From Felis catus (taxonomy: Eukaryota): a stretch of 64,000 nt of DNA. The translations under genes were made by a program, and so were the position numbers. The DNA lies in contig NC_058368.1 of assembly GCF_018350175.1 (NCBI RefSeq), positions 190,280,001 through 190,344,000 of the forward strand, written 5' to 3'. Position 1 is the stretch's first letter; the number at the start of each line of letters is the position of its first letter. The notes under the pieces were generated by a model. It was not told the origin of the DNA. It saw only the letters and a list, made by a program, of their open reading frames with translations, and did not search any database. This document shows, in pieces, positions 13,458 through 26,890 of the stretch.

Positions 13458-13586
13458 CATTCTTGGTTGGATCGTACTGGGCACAGCCCACTGCGAGCTT
13501 CTCCAGCTGAGCACAGCACCTCCACCTCCCATCCATCCAGAAGTTAGGATGATACATGGGTACCAAACTGTTATTGTTCCTTGTTT
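13458..13586 (-). CDS. ITK: ITK coding exon 4 (129 nt, Btk-homology Zn motif)
   Basis: (E)TRNNNSLVPMYHPNFWMDGRWRCCAQLEKLAVGCAQYDPTKN with the H...CC...C zinc ligands; acceptor ctctttcag, donor G|gtaaga. Confidence 0.97.
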
Positions 13587-15019
13587 CTGAAAGAGATTGG
13601 CACCAGCAGAAGAGTTATTTCAGGTTATTCTATCAAGGACAACCAACTTCTCAACTCCTTGAGATTGGACCCTGTTGTGTGAGCCTGAGTGAATAGTACC
13701 TAGAATAGTCAGAAAAATAGCCTTTTGCCCAAGCATGTACATTTATGGAAGAGTATGTGTTGGATGTGGTCATCATCAGGTCTGGGTTCTTGTCTGACCT
13801 TGGGTTAATTGTGTGTCCCTAGATTGGGCAACACCCTCATCTGAGCCTCATTTTCCCCACGGTACAGTGAGATTCTTAGACTGGATCAGTGGGCCCCACA
13901 GAAGTGCCCAAGGGGCAATGGGAAGACTGAGCGGGAGGGATTCCTGCCCCTTCATCTCTCCCCCCCTTCAACCACAGGAATTTTGCTTTTATCCCTTCTA
14001 GATTTGTGGCTTTAAAGTTAGATTTTGGCAAGATTAAAAAAAAAAAAGAAAGAGGTTCTCCTGCTGAAAGAAAAAAGAAATATAAAAAGTGGAGAACTCG
14101 ATAGACCATCTCAAATGCTCCTTCCAGCTTTAATATCCTGTGAGTAAACCCCTACGCAGAGGGAGAATGGCCAATGAACATAGTTGGGGTCCTTTTGATA
14201 ACTTTTTACTCAGTGTTTATTCTGAGCCTCATGACTTGAGAATATTCTCCAGCTTACCCAGCGCTTGTCTGTTCATATCCTATTTGAGACAACAACCTTG
14301 GAAGAAGATTAAGAATTGTATTTTTATTCTCATTTTCAGATAGAGGCATCACGGCTCTCAAGATTCCAAATGGCTTGCTTATTCTTAGTCCTAATAGCTA
14401 CTTAGAGACAGATTAATATCTGAACCCACTTCTCCTGCAAACCCAGGGCTTCAGGCTAAGTAACAGGACTACTAATTGAGTTCTTTCTTTGCGTTTCATT
14501 CTAAGTGTCTGCCGTGTCTTAACTCATTTATTTCTCACAATAACCCTGTGTCTGATTATTACAAGTCAGAATTTGTAGATGCAGAAATGAAGACACTGGA
14601 AGGTCAGGGAACTTGCCCAAGGTCACATACTAATAATTGGCAGAGCTGGGATTTTCACCTTAGCAGACTGGCTGCACATGTCACGTATACCCAAACGCTG
14701 TGCTGGTTCTAATTATGCTGTCAACAAGGTGAGCCTTAAGAAATACCGTTCCTGATGATCTGAAAGCTTTTAAAGTTAGCTAACATTTATGGGGTGCCAA
14801 CGATGGGCCAGGCTAGTTCCGAGGGCTTTACTCACAGCAGTTCTGGAGGCAGGTACTATTATTATCATTCCCTCCTCCTTTCCTTTTTTATAGATGGGGA
14901 AACTGAAGCACAGAGCAGCTGAGGCAGTTGCCTACGCACACATGGCTAGTAAGTGGCAGAGCCAGGATTCAAACTCAGGTCATCTAACTCAAGGGCCCAT
15001 CCTCTTATTATTCCCACTA

Positions 15020-15215
15020 GACCAGGAATTGGCAAACTTTTTCTTAAAGGGCCAGATGGTCAATATTTTAGGTTTTGTTCAGCAGCAGGCAAAATCGATA
15101 TATTATGGAGGTACTTCTATAATCCTTTAAAATATGACCATTTAAAAATACAAAAACCATCCTTAGCTTGGAGCTTTATAAAAACAGGTGGTAGACTGGA
15201 TTTGTTCGACCCTAC
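15020..15215. mobile_element. MER58-family MITE
   Basis: ggcaaactttttcttaaagggccagatggtcaatattttaggtttt start. Confidence 0.65.
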
Positions 15216-15383
15216 ATGGTACTGATTGTTGCCTCTTGGGCCCAGGGTGAAAAGTTGGGATCCAACACCAACACCAAAAGTGAGAAATATTTGACTGTCA
15301 GCTGTCCTTGATCTTATACGGAGTCCAAGCCTGCTAGAGGATCAAGGGATCTCAGGGACCGATTCACATAGGGGAGTTATTAC

Positions 15384-15465
15384 CTTCTTTAAGGGCCAGA
15401 ACCCAGCGCTGCCGGCTCTCACGGTCTGGAGCAAACACATACAGGAGGTAATTGTCATGCACAAC
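15384..15465 (-). CDS. ITK: ITK coding exon 3 (82 nt, end of PH domain)
   Basis: VVHDNYLLYVFAPDRESRQRWVLALKE(E); acceptor cctccag, donor G|gtaata; too short for the ORF track but in frame with exons 2 and 4. Confidence 0.97.
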
Positions 15466-15721
15466 CTGGAGGTACACAAAGTCCAAGATGAGCAGTGTGC
15501 CCAGAGAGCAGGATGGTTGATAGCAGGCCCATCTAGCTTACTGGGTCAAGAGTGGGCCCTCAGGTGTTTGTCATCATAAAGGCAAACATCTGGGCAATTA
15601 GGGGACTGGTGTCCTTTTTATCCAAATATTTGAATTCATATAGGGTGAAACTCCACAGTTCAGACTACTTGTCTGAGATTCCATGTTGCCAGTAAGCAAT
15701 TGCTAAATTAAAATAGCTAGA

Positions 15722-15944
15722 GGGGCGCCTGGGTGGCGCAGTCGGTTAAGCGTCTGACTTCAGCCAGGTCATGATCTCGCGGTCCGGGAGTTCGAGCCCC
15801 GCATCAGGCTCTGGGCTGATGGCTCAGAGCCTGGAGCCTGTTTCCGATTCTGTGTCTCTCCCTCTCTCTGCCCCTCCCCCATTCATGCTCTGTCTCTCTC
15901 TGTCCCAAAAATAAATAAACGTTGAAAAAAAATTAAAAAAAAAA
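15722..15944 (+). mobile_element. Young felid SINE (SINEC_Fc-type)
   Basis: ggggcgcctgggtggcgcagtcggttaagcg...cttcagccaggtca; CpG-rich; TSD taaaatagct(a/g)ga at 15709-15721 and 15945-15957. Confidence 0.95.
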
Positions 15945-16000
15945 TAAAATAGCTGGAGAAAAAGCTCTCCATGTGACAGCATCTTTATTTCTCATACTAA

Positions 16001-16222
16001 TTTTTTAAAAAAATGTTTATTTATTTATTTTTGAGAAAGAGAGAGAACACAAGAAGGGGACAGGCAGAGACAGAGAACGAGAAGGAGACACAGAGTCTGA
16101 AGCAGGCCCCAGGCTCCAAGCTGTCAGCTCAGAGCCCAACACAGGACTGGAAACCACAAACTGTGAGATCATGATCTGAGCCGATGTCAGAGGCTTAACC
16201 GACTCAGCCACCCGGGAGCCCC
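16001..16222 (-). mobile_element. CAN-SINE (SINEC_Fc2-like)
   Basis: Full body; TSD tctcata(c/t)taattttt. Confidence 0.92.
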
Positions 16223-16786
16223 TCTCATATTAATTTTTAAGTGATTAACAAAATCTTTCTGTCATATGAAAGAGTAAGATACTAGACGAAAAAAATTACA
16301 ACTGAGACTTTAAAAGCTTCTTATTTTGAAATAATATAAGGCACCCAAGAAGTTCCAAAAATAGTACAGGATCCCTGTGTTCTTTTCACCCACCTCTCCC
16401 TAATGATTATAGAACCATAGCAGAGTTCCCAAACCAGGAAGTTGACATTGGTCCAAAATGATTAACTAAACTATAGATCTTCTTTGAAATTCACCAGCTT
16501 TTTCTCATGAACTCATTTTTAATTGGAATTTTAATGACGGGAAAATACATGTTATTCACTTCAATTACTAAATATTTCAATTCACAGAGGTCAACTTTCT
16601 AGTAGGAAAAGAATCCTTTTCTGTATCACATTAAAAATGCGATATTTACCCCTCAAATTGGCAAAGAGGAACCATACCCTAGAATGTACAAAGAGATATC
16701 CACTCCTTCAGAGTCACAGATGCCAAGAGTGATGCCAAAATTTGGACAATGTCATGACCTAAAGACCAGAGATAACCTTTACCAAC

Positions 16787-16990
16787 TCTGTCCAGTAGAA
16801 CTTCTTGCAATGATGAAAACATTCTATAATCTGTGCTATCCAGCACATAGCTATTGTACATGTGAAATGTTCATCCGTTCAGTGGGCTTAGTGTGACTCA
16901 GGAACTGAATTTTCAATATTGGTTAATTTAATTTACATCTAAATATTAAACATACACCTGTAGCTAGTGGCTACTGTATTGGACAATACA
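16787..16990. mobile_element. MER3-like MITE
   Basis: ctgtccagtagaactt...gctagtggctactgtattggaca with terminal inverted repeats. Confidence 0.7.
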
Positions 16991-17409
16991 ACTCCATACA
17001 GTTCTCAGATTGTAAAATCTGAGTCTTTTTGTCCCAGAACCTCCAAACAATTATACTCGAGTACTGCAATCTGTTGATCCAAATCATAAGTAAATGGCAC
17101 TTAAGAGTATTAGGCTTGGGGCCTTTGACAGTTTTTTTCTTTGCTCTAGGGGCAGAGAATTGGGACTTCTGTTGAGGCAGGGAAGACATGAGAGAAAGAG
17201 AAATGAGGAATTACACCTTTTCAAAATTTTGTGATTTGAGGAATGAGTGAATCAATAATTGAAGGAACACAGTAGCTTTCTTCTGGCTTAGTCTAAGACC
17301 TAACTAGAGATCAGAGTCATCCCTGGTCTACCTTCTATTACAATGACTGAGACTTTCAACCATCATGCGAGGAATAGGAAACTAGCAATCTCAGGCATAG
17401 TGGACTTAC

Positions 17410-17514
17410 CTGAAATGGATATTTATAGTGGCATGGGATACTAATGTCACTTTTCACAATCTCAACACATTTGATTCGGGAGAGTTCAATGGAGCCCTTC
17501 AATGTGCGCTTTTT
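17410..17514 (-). CDS. ITK: ITK coding exon 2 (105 nt, PH domain)
   Basis: [35 protein letters not shown]; acceptor ttttcccgacag, donor CAG|gtaagt; phase 0-0. Confidence 0.97.
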
Positions 17515-18464
17515 CTGTCGGGAAAAAAAGCACATTCCATTTAAAGAAGAGAGAAGACCATATTTTTGTCCAGGTTGGTTGTAGAAATCCACTACTCTAT
17601 AGATAAGATCCGTTAGCTTTGTAAACTAATCCCCCATGTATCCAGAAGTTACTTCTTGGCCCTTAGTGCCTAAGAGAGACACTCTGAGCCAACTCCTGGG
17701 AGAAACTGCCCTGTTAATTGTCTTTAATGGGGTCACTGATTTTAACTCATTGAGCAAAGGCACCTTATATCTCAGTGACCTTGTGACAAACAGCGGCATT
17801 TGTAGAACTTGTAGCTGGGGTGGGTAGTGCAGTATAGGAAACCAACTATACATGTGCCTGTTTTCTCTGTTTTGTGCCTTATTAGCACAGTAGTTGAATT
17901 CAGGCATGTCCTGCATGGTGATGTATACTTTCAGTGGCACCTTTCTTTTCTACGTATGGATTCTCCAGGTCCCTTTTATTTATTCACAATCCCACAATGA
18001 CACTTCTGTAGGACATTTCTGACTCTGCTCTATAACTACCTCTTCTTCATAGCCCCATCATCTGGTCCCATGTCTCATTTCCTTGGAAGTTTGCTAGATT
18101 TCTTTCCTTGGTAATTAATTTACATTATGGTCATGCGACAGTCATGACTTATAATGATGCTATAAACATGTTACTCAATTCTCAGGGTCCTTGTACTTGG
18201 AAAGTGGATTCCAGGGGATGTTACCCAATGGGACAGATTCTATTGTGAACTATCAGGCTCCAATGAAGGCTAGTTAGGGAAAAGTTTTTGTGGAGCAGAA
18301 GCTTTTCTCAAGTGCCTGGAATTAGGCTTCCATTGAGAATAGAATTTAATTCAGATATGGAACTGTTGCAAAATACTTTGTTATACCTTATCTTTTAGAA
18401 AAAGGTAAAAAATGGTGGTGAATTGGGCAAAAGTTGGAAAGGGCTAGGTTCAAAGTTAAGTTCT

Positions 18465-18995
18465 GTTTTCTTCTTTATTTTCTGTCTGGATGATCTATCC
18501 ATTGATGTAAAGTCGGATGCTAAGGTCCCCAACTATTATTGTATTACTGTCGATTTCTCTCTTTATGTCTGTTAACAACTGCTTTATGTATTTAGGTGCT
18601 CCAATGTTGAATACATAGATATTTACAATTGTTATATTCGCTCATTGTTGGTTCCTTTATCATTGTGTAATGTCCTGCTTTGTCTCTTGTTACCATTTTT
18701 GTTTTAAAGTCTTATTTTGACTAATGTAAGTATTGCTACCCCGGAATTTTGTGTATGTACACGTCCATTTGCATAGAATATCTTTTTTCATTCCTTCACC
18801 TTCAGTCTTTATGTGTCTTTGGTTTTGAAGTGAGTGTTGTAGGCAGCATACAGATGAGTTTTATTTTTTTATCCATTCTGTCCCCCTATGTCTTGATTGG
18901 AGCATTTAGACAACTTATATTTAAGTTATTATTGATAAGTATGTACTTATTGACATCTTGTTACTTGTTTTCTAGTTGTTTTTATAGTCCTTCTC
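18465..18995 (-). mobile_element. L1 fragment (ORF2 endonuclease region)
   Basis: ttctgtctggatgatctatccattgatg...actattattgtatt...tccttcaccttcagtc, typical antisense L1 ORF2 start. Confidence 0.8.
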
Positions 18996-20605
18996 TGCAA
19001 AGTTGGCTCAGCCTCTAACTAGCAATGTGACCTTGGACAACACATCTCACCTTCCTGTACTTCAATTTTTACATCCACTAAGTGAGGATAGTAATGCCTA
19101 CCTTGTAAAGATTATTTGGGGAATAAAATGGGTGTATGTAAACAAATTGTTTGGCTTATAATAGATGCCCTCGATAAAGGGTACTCTCCCAACTAAAGAG
19201 GTTAAGGAAATCCTAACTATGGTAAGAGAGTCATGACATCGTAAAATTCTCCAGAAGAGAGCTCAGTCTGTACTTCCTAATTTTTGATACCCAGCCTGTT
19301 TGCTGGCCTTTGCTTTACCAGCTAAGGCACAGAAGTGAGATTAAAAAAAAAAGTCAAGAGGTGAAAAGTATCCTCTGTCAAATACAAGGAGGCTTTGTGG
19401 TGCTTCTTTTTAAATTTTCTTTCTAAAAAATACTTAATTCTTCAAGTATAAAACTTATCTGTGTAAAATAGTATGGAAGTATGTTAAGAAAGTATTTATA
19501 GTCTCATATTATTCCACTCTTCTCCACAACCTTGAGGTACCCAAGTTTAACCATTTGGAATGCATTTGTCTTTCCCACACACATTTATAGGATATATACA
19601 AACAAAACCAAGCATCTGATTCACATAGTGGTCTACAGCTTGCTTTTGTAACCTAAGGATGTATTAAAAGGTCAGTTTTCCCTTAAAAACCTCTGAAAAC
19701 ATGTGTCCTTTGGGCTCAAAATATCTTCTCATTTAGAGTCTTCCACAGCTACAAATACATGCCTTGGTCCTGCCCATAATCATAGTTGTTGGCGATGGTT
19801 AATCTGTTTTTCAAAAACAGAAGAGCACAAGGGAGTTACCTTTTCAACAACCTTCTGTTGCTATGGGTAAACAGGGAGGCTGAGTTTTGAGGTTATCTTG
19901 TTTTTTGACCTTTATTGCATTGTTTCCTTAGTAGTATATATAATGAAATGCAACAAAAAGCTCATGGCAGTAATATGACAACTCTGTTTGCAGGCATGTT
20001 TGTCCTTGGAACCCACTAAATCCTGTGCTCCCTGAGAGAGAAACCAGGACATCTATCACCGAATCTTTAAGGCATGGCGGCAAGCCTACAACAGATGCTC
20101 AGTCAGAATGATATGAACAAAGGGCACCACTTTGAAACACAATTTAAACAATCTCAGTCAGGTATAAGGCTAATGCATTTATCTACTCAGGAAATATTTA
20201 CTGGGGAGCCAGCTACAAACTAGGTGCTGTTCTGAGAGCAGGAAATAGATGAACTTGGTAGACTATGTAAAGGAGCTCCCAGTCTTGTTGAGAAGGCAGG
20301 CAATGAAACAAGTGCTATAAAGATAATGGAATAGGTTGAGGTGACAGGGAGGCCTGTCTGGAGAGAGGACATTTGAGAAAAGATCAAACAGTTGAAAAAG
20401 GATCCAGTCATGAAGTCTGGTGGGGAGGGTGGTGGTAAGTACCCTATGTAAAGTTCACAACAAGAGCAAAAGTCCCAGGGTAGCAAAGTTTTGGATATGT
20501 AATGGTTGTTACTAGCCTGGGATCATCATAACCAGGGTATAAAGTGGAGGTAAGTATTAACCAGAGTTGTGAGTAGGGATAAAAGTTCTGTGTGGGAGTT
20601 CTAAA

Positions 20606-20912
20606 GCAGTGTTGCCTAATAATAGCAGAATGTGAACCATACGTGTAACTTAAAGTTTTCTAGTAGCACATTAAAAGAAAGCAAAAAAAAAGAAACAATG
20701 AAATTAATTTTAAGAACATATTTTGTTTGCCTCATTATATCTAAAATATCCGTTCAATGTGTAATCAACATAAAAAAATTAATGAGCTACATTACGTTTT
20801 TGCTAAGTCCTTGAAATCGTGTATTATACAACACATCTCAATTTGGAGTCGCCACATTTCAAGTGCTCAGTGGCCACACATGGCTCTGGCCCCATTATCG
20901 GACAGTGCAGCT
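20606..20912. mobile_element. MER33-like MITE
   Basis: ttttctagtagcacattaaaa...cacatttcaagtgctcagtggccacacatggct...ggacagtgcag. Confidence 0.7.
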
Positions 20913-21011
20913 TCAAGATACCCAAGAAAGTGTTCTCCTCTAACCTTACATTATATCCATTGATCTCTTAATATTCATTGACTTTAAACAAGGATTTTAA
21001 GAGGCATTGTG

Positions 21012-21226
21012 TTTTTTTTTTGTTTGTTTTTTTCAACGTTTATTTATTTTTGGGACAGAGAGAGACAGAGCATGAACGGGGGAGGGGCAGGGAGAGAGGG
21101 AGGGAAACAGGCTCCAGGCTCTGAGCCATCAGCCCAGAGCCCGACGCGGGGCTCGAACTCCCGGACCGGGAGATCGTGACCTGGCTGAAGTCGGACGCTT
21201 AACCGACTGCGCCACCCAGGCGCCCC
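21012..21226 (-). mobile_element. Young felid SINE (SINEC_Fc-type)
   Basis: CpG-rich, same subfamily motifs as the 15722 copy; TSD agaggcattgt. Confidence 0.95.
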
Positions 21227-24200
21227 GAGAGGCATTGTATTTTAACAGCCTGTCAGGTAAGCTGACCATCAGGTTTGTTCTTCAGTAGGAATGGATTTCA
21301 CATTTCACCATCAAAACTCACTCTTCATCCTAAACGGCTGCCCTGAGGTCAGTTGTCCTCAAATCTCTCAAGATCGGATATGTGAAAAACAAGAGACCGG
21401 CTGTGCATCCCCCCCAGCTGGGTCCTGGGGAGTAGCTGGTCCGTGAGCTAAACACAGTTTCATCTCTGAGAAATGGTGATTGCCTGTAATCATCCCAAAC
21501 AACTGTGCTATTTCTGAAAAAATTCCAGGGTAACCCTTCCAAGGAAACCACATAAGAGCCGTCAGGGAAAGAAAGACACCAAGTAAAACCTGCCCTCATT
21601 CTTGTCATTCTATCTATATCACTTGGGGTGAAAGTCGCAGGACCTCACTTGGCTTGGTCTTTTTTCTCGGCCATATTCAAAGCTACAGTGTCCTCATATT
21701 CCAAAGCTTCTCCCTGGACACCTGACGTGTGTCAAACACAATCCAACAAGATGCTGGTGCCCACATATTTACACAAAGGCAAGCTTGTGCCAGCAGCTTT
21801 TATATCCCCTTTCTTTTTATGTTAATATATTGTATAAAATAGAATTTTAGATTGTGAGTTTCAAAGAGAGAGGCAGGGAACAAAACCAAAAGAAAGGACA
21901 ATTAACATTTTTGAGCACTTCTTATACCTCGGGCACTCAACGGGCCAGAGCCAATTTAATCCCACGATCCTGCAAAGTATCATTGCCCCACCTTGCATGT
22001 GAGGAAATTGAGGTTCTGAGAGGCCAAGTCTCTTACTAAGCAGGAGGGCAGGATACAAGCCCAAGCCTAGGACCCCAGAGCCTGAGTGCTTAACTAATGT
22101 GTTTCATGGCTCTTGCTCCTCCCCCAACTTCCCACAGGAGATTTTCATTCTCCGAACTCCCCACAGGGAACAATCAATTGCACGATCGATGCGCCAAGCT
22201 GTGACCCAGCAGACATTTGTCTGTGCCCTGTTTGGTTATGCAATGCTTATGCTGGATTTGAGAGGGAGAGAACATTCTCTGCTTCCTCAGAATAATTCCC
22301 TCCACTTCACTCCTATGACAGTGGCTCCTTGGCTGTTTCGCTAGTCCAGCAGGTACGACAGTGAGACTCGATGTGTCTGATACCTAAGAAAGGTATCTGA
22401 AAAACAGCAGAACTTCAGCTTTCTGCTTTGGAGAGGCTGAATGGGTGACGACTGGAACTTTCAGGTCCGGTAGACCTGCATCTGCCTGACCAGCTGTGCA
22501 ATCTGAGGCAAGTATCTCAACTTCTCAATTGCCTTGTTGTTTTTAAAGTGAGAATAATAATCGTCCCTGAATCATTGGGCTAACTTAGAGGACTTATAAA
22601 AAAGCCACATAAACCTACTAGCAAAATAAACTTCATTCACATAACAAACCAATCACTCAAGTTAAGTTACCCGCTTTCCTTTCCTTGGCTTCCCCCCAAA
22701 ATAAGACCTTGTTCTCTTGTGTCCACATTTTGGGAGTGATTTTCTTTTGGGCAAATATGTAACAAGGAGCCACCATTTGGGAAGGGCAACATTAATTTTT
22801 AACTGGCGATACTGGTGATTTTGACATTTTGGAGTCATTTAATTTGCAAATTATCTGTAAAATCAAATTATTTGCAAAATGAAAAGGGGCCTGTTTCCTG
22901 GTCTCCCGACCGTGTTGCATTTCCTCTTCCAGGGCTTTTGCTTTCTGCTTTTCTTCAAACTCGCCTGTCAAAACCTTCCTCAAATGGTCATTCTCCAAAG
23001 ATTTAAGTCACTGATAGATTAAAGGTTGGCTTATTTCAGAGGAGTTTGGATTAGGACAGATATTAGAAACTGACGCCAGGAAGGAGCTTTGATAATTGAA
23101 TTTTGGGCATTAGGGGAGAGAATATTTTTCAAAGGGGGGAGTGAGACATCTAAGACTTTCCCGGATCACACTGTAAAAGTAGCCACATACTGCCTTTATC
23201 AGAGTTTCTTTATGATTAGAAAGTCTTACTGGTGATGATTTGAACAAGGCATTTCAAATATTTTGCTCAATGCCTCTTCCAGAGTGTAGTATATTGTACA
23301 AATGTGAAATGGCGCAATGACACCATTGAAATTAAAATTGATGTCATGTGAGATGAAACTTAAGTCACTGATTTGAGGGTTATTCCCCTGTGCCCCCCCC
23401 CCCCCCCAGCAGAATACCAGTTCTAAACTTGACTTGAGCGGTCTTCCTGAGTTTTAGTTTCATCCTCTCTGCAACACATGCTCAAGGTAGCCCCTGAATT
23501 TGCTCCCAGTTTCCCAGCTCAGCTTTCTGTCTTTTATGACAAATGGTACCTTTGTCTCTGCAGGGGAGAAGAGCAGAGATTCAGAACTCACAAACGCCAC
23601 GGTTTGAAATCTCTGCGGTGACAAGTAACATAGGGCAAACTTGGCTTAGTTCTTTGGGCTTAGTTCTTTTAGTTCTTAAGGTGTAATGAGATTGTTGACA
23701 GCTGCCTCTCAGGGTTACTGTAACCTGAGCTGTGGAAAGGCACCCAGCACGTTGCCTAATACCCAATAACGATGTGATCATTAGTATCTCAATGGAAAAC
23801 ACCAGTTTCTTCTAAAACACCAGTGCAATTTGTGATTCGCTGTTGCTGGCTCCTCTCCCCTCCCCACCCCCATCCCAACCTGTCTTCGTCTGGACCTACC
23901 TCCATGAATCTTTGCAATTCTGGGAGAATCTGAAATTAAGGGAGCATATTTTGAGGCTCCTGGGCTGACTTAAAGTTAGGAAACTCTGATCCATCCCACA
24001 GCAGCCTTCTTTCCTTTCCTCTTTTCTGTAACACCTTTTAGTCATAGCTAAACTAGAGTCAACTGGCTTTCCTCACCTCAGCTTTTCACAGTGTGGTTTT
24101 TAATGAGGCTGGTTGTGCTGTGGGGAAATCTAGCTGCCCTTAAAGTCGTCCATCTTGTTCGTAGTATCACCCTGACTCTCCAAGAGAAAAAAAAAAAAAG

Positions 24201-24241
24201 TGAGGCTTTTACCCTAAAAGGGAAGAAAAAGCAAGAAGAGA

Positions 24242-24244
<3 letters not shown>

Positions 24245-24318
<74 letters not shown>

Positions 24319-24320
24319 AA
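24245..24320. repeat. Perfect (GAAA)19 microsatellite
   Basis: Counted directly. Confidence 0.97.
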
Positions 24321-25869
24321 ATGGACTATACTGTTGTACAGTTTCCAGAGGGAAATTTGGGATCTTTCTTAAAAGTATGAGTGGACTTTCTCACAAGAAA
24401 CTGTTAAGAGCAAATACTTGTGGGAACAGTTCTGGTGTTTGGAAGTAGGAAGAGAGCTTTCTTTCAACCTCATATCTTTCTATACTCTTTCACTTTTGTA
24501 CCACGAACTTGTATTTATTATATTTAAAAACAATTAAAATATAAACAAACGCACTTTCCTTATAGGATTTATCCTACAGGAACATTTGTTCAAAATATAT
24601 CAAGATGTAAGGAGAAGGATTTCATAACGGCCTTATTTATTTCAATAAAAAAAACCTAGAGAACCTTAAATATTCATCCATAGACAAATGGTTAAATTAG
24701 TTATGGTTCATCCATCCTGTAGCCGTTAACAAAGAGGTCTACATGGAGGAACAAAAATGTATACATTAACTGAAAAAAGCAGGTGTAGAGCAAAAGATGG
24801 AGCCTCACCGCATTTTTGGAAAGAGAAATAATAAAATACATAATAGTAAATGCAAAACTCAAATAATACAAGGAGGAACCCTGCTGACACTGGCTCTCCC
24901 TCGTGGGTGGCACTATAGCCGACTTTGACAGGGTAAGTGTGATGTGTTGGTAATATTTGAAGTTGTTGCAGGGAGCATGTAAATTTACTAAGCAGAAAAG
25001 TGAAAATAATATTTTAAAGCAGTCAGAAATTTAAAAACACCACCCTGTACTACAACTTTGCAGATTTCTGTGGGAGAGGGCTGAAGGGTACACGTCGAAT
25101 GCTGGGTGTGCAAAATGATGCAGCTTTTTGCCCTTGTAGCCTCCTGACCCCATCAGCAGTCAGTGGCAGCCAGGCAGCCCCTGTCACCTGCTCTTCTTTC
25201 TTCTTTATCCATGGAGGTTCAAGTTCACGACGGGTCCTCTCATCTTGGGTGATAACCATTTTCTTCATAGATTCCATAGGCTTTTATGTGGGTATATTTA
25301 TTTTAGAAGTAAAGCAATACTTCAGGAATAATTTCTAGGCCTCGTTTATGTTAGATAAAGATATAGTGGTCCTAGCCTTTCAAAAGCATTTTTGTTTAAA
25401 TTTGTTTTCAAAAGTGAGCAGAGAAAAGGACTTATATAGAAACCAAGAGCAAGAAGTGGGTGCTGAAGTAAATCCTCAAGGTTCCCTGCACATTTTGTCT
25501 CTGTTCTGTGAATGCTTTTTCAAAACCCCCCTTCTTTCCAGAATAGGCCATTTGAGATTTTTAATGAATTTGAAACTGTATATTTTTTTACATGCCTTTC
25601 AAACATTGGAGAGTCAGTAGCCAAAGCATATAAATTAGCAACCTCACTACATTTCAGAAAATAACCCTAGCACAGAGGTGATGATCAACGAATATTTGTT
25701 AATCGGTTGATTGAAGGAACAGCAGGTTAGACTAAGTGTGCAGCAGAAAGTGTTGTGTGTGAACCCTATGACAAAACTCTTGATAGGATTGATTTGAATA
25801 AGATTTCCAGAATGATTGGCAAGTGGATACAAATCTCTTGACAATGAAAAGATAGGTCAAAACCAGTCT

Positions 25870-26890
25870 GCACAAAGGGCTGAGCTAATAAAGAGCTCCT
25901 ACAAATTATTAAGGAAAATATTAACAACATTATAAAGAAATGGGAAAAGGAATACAAATTGTTCTTAAATATAGGAAAAAAGGCTCAAACTTACTATGAA
26001 AACAGAAATGCAAATAATTGATACCGAGATACCATTTTTTAAACCTGTCAGACTTGCAAAGATCAAAACGTATGGTAATGGTGTTGGTGAGGTTTTGATA
26101 AAGCAAGCATCTCACATGTGGCCCTGGGGAATGTTCATTGGCACAACCTCTGCGGAGAATAATTTGGTCATGTTCAATAAGATAACAGATGCAAATATCC
26201 TTTGACATAGCAATTCTACTTCTGGAAATGTTATCTATAGACCAAGGCTTCCCAACCTTGGCACTATTAACAACATAGGCTGGATAATCCTTTGTTGTAA
26301 GTTTGTCCTGTGCCTTGTAGAAGGCTTAGCAGCATGCTGGACTCTACCCAAAAATGTCAGTAGCACTCCCCTCCCTAGTTATGAAAATGAAAAAATTTCC
26401 AGGCATTGCCAAAGATGGGCAAAATCACCTGTTACAGACATACAGAAAGTGACATAAAGATGAAGTTATTCATTCCTTGTCATTTGCAATGACAAAAAAA
26501 AAAAAAATTGGAAACAGACTGAATGTCCATCATTAAGGTAACTTTTTATCCATTCAGTGAAATATTATGCATCCACAAAAAAGAATGAAGAAGCTCTTTG
26601 CATATAGGTGTGGTTTGATCTGCAAGAAGTATTGCTAACCAACCAAAAGAAAAGCTAAGAAGTATGTCACATAGAGTACCCTACTATTGCATAAAAAGGA
26701 GGACAAGAAGAACACTGAGTTGTGTTTACATATGTATGCATAAAGTATCATTGGAAGAACTGATAGGAAATTGATTATATTGGTTGCTTTCAGGCACTGA
26801 AGCGCTGTGGCTTAGGATAAAGGTGGGAATTGGCCATTCCATAACATTTAGTAACTGTTTTTTAAAAAATGTATGTGAATGTATTATCTA
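25870..26890 (+). mobile_element. Old L1ME-like 3' fragment interrupted by a MER20-like MITE (about 26240-26435)
   Basis: L1 ORF2-end motifs (gcaattctacttctggaa, ggaaacagactgaatgtccatca) flanking cccaaccttggcactattaaca...gcattgccaaa. Confidence 0.6.

Noticed and set aside
15722..15800. tRNA-like A/B-box sequences
   Set aside because: These are SINE heads followed by CT tracts, A-tails and TSDs, not tRNA genes.
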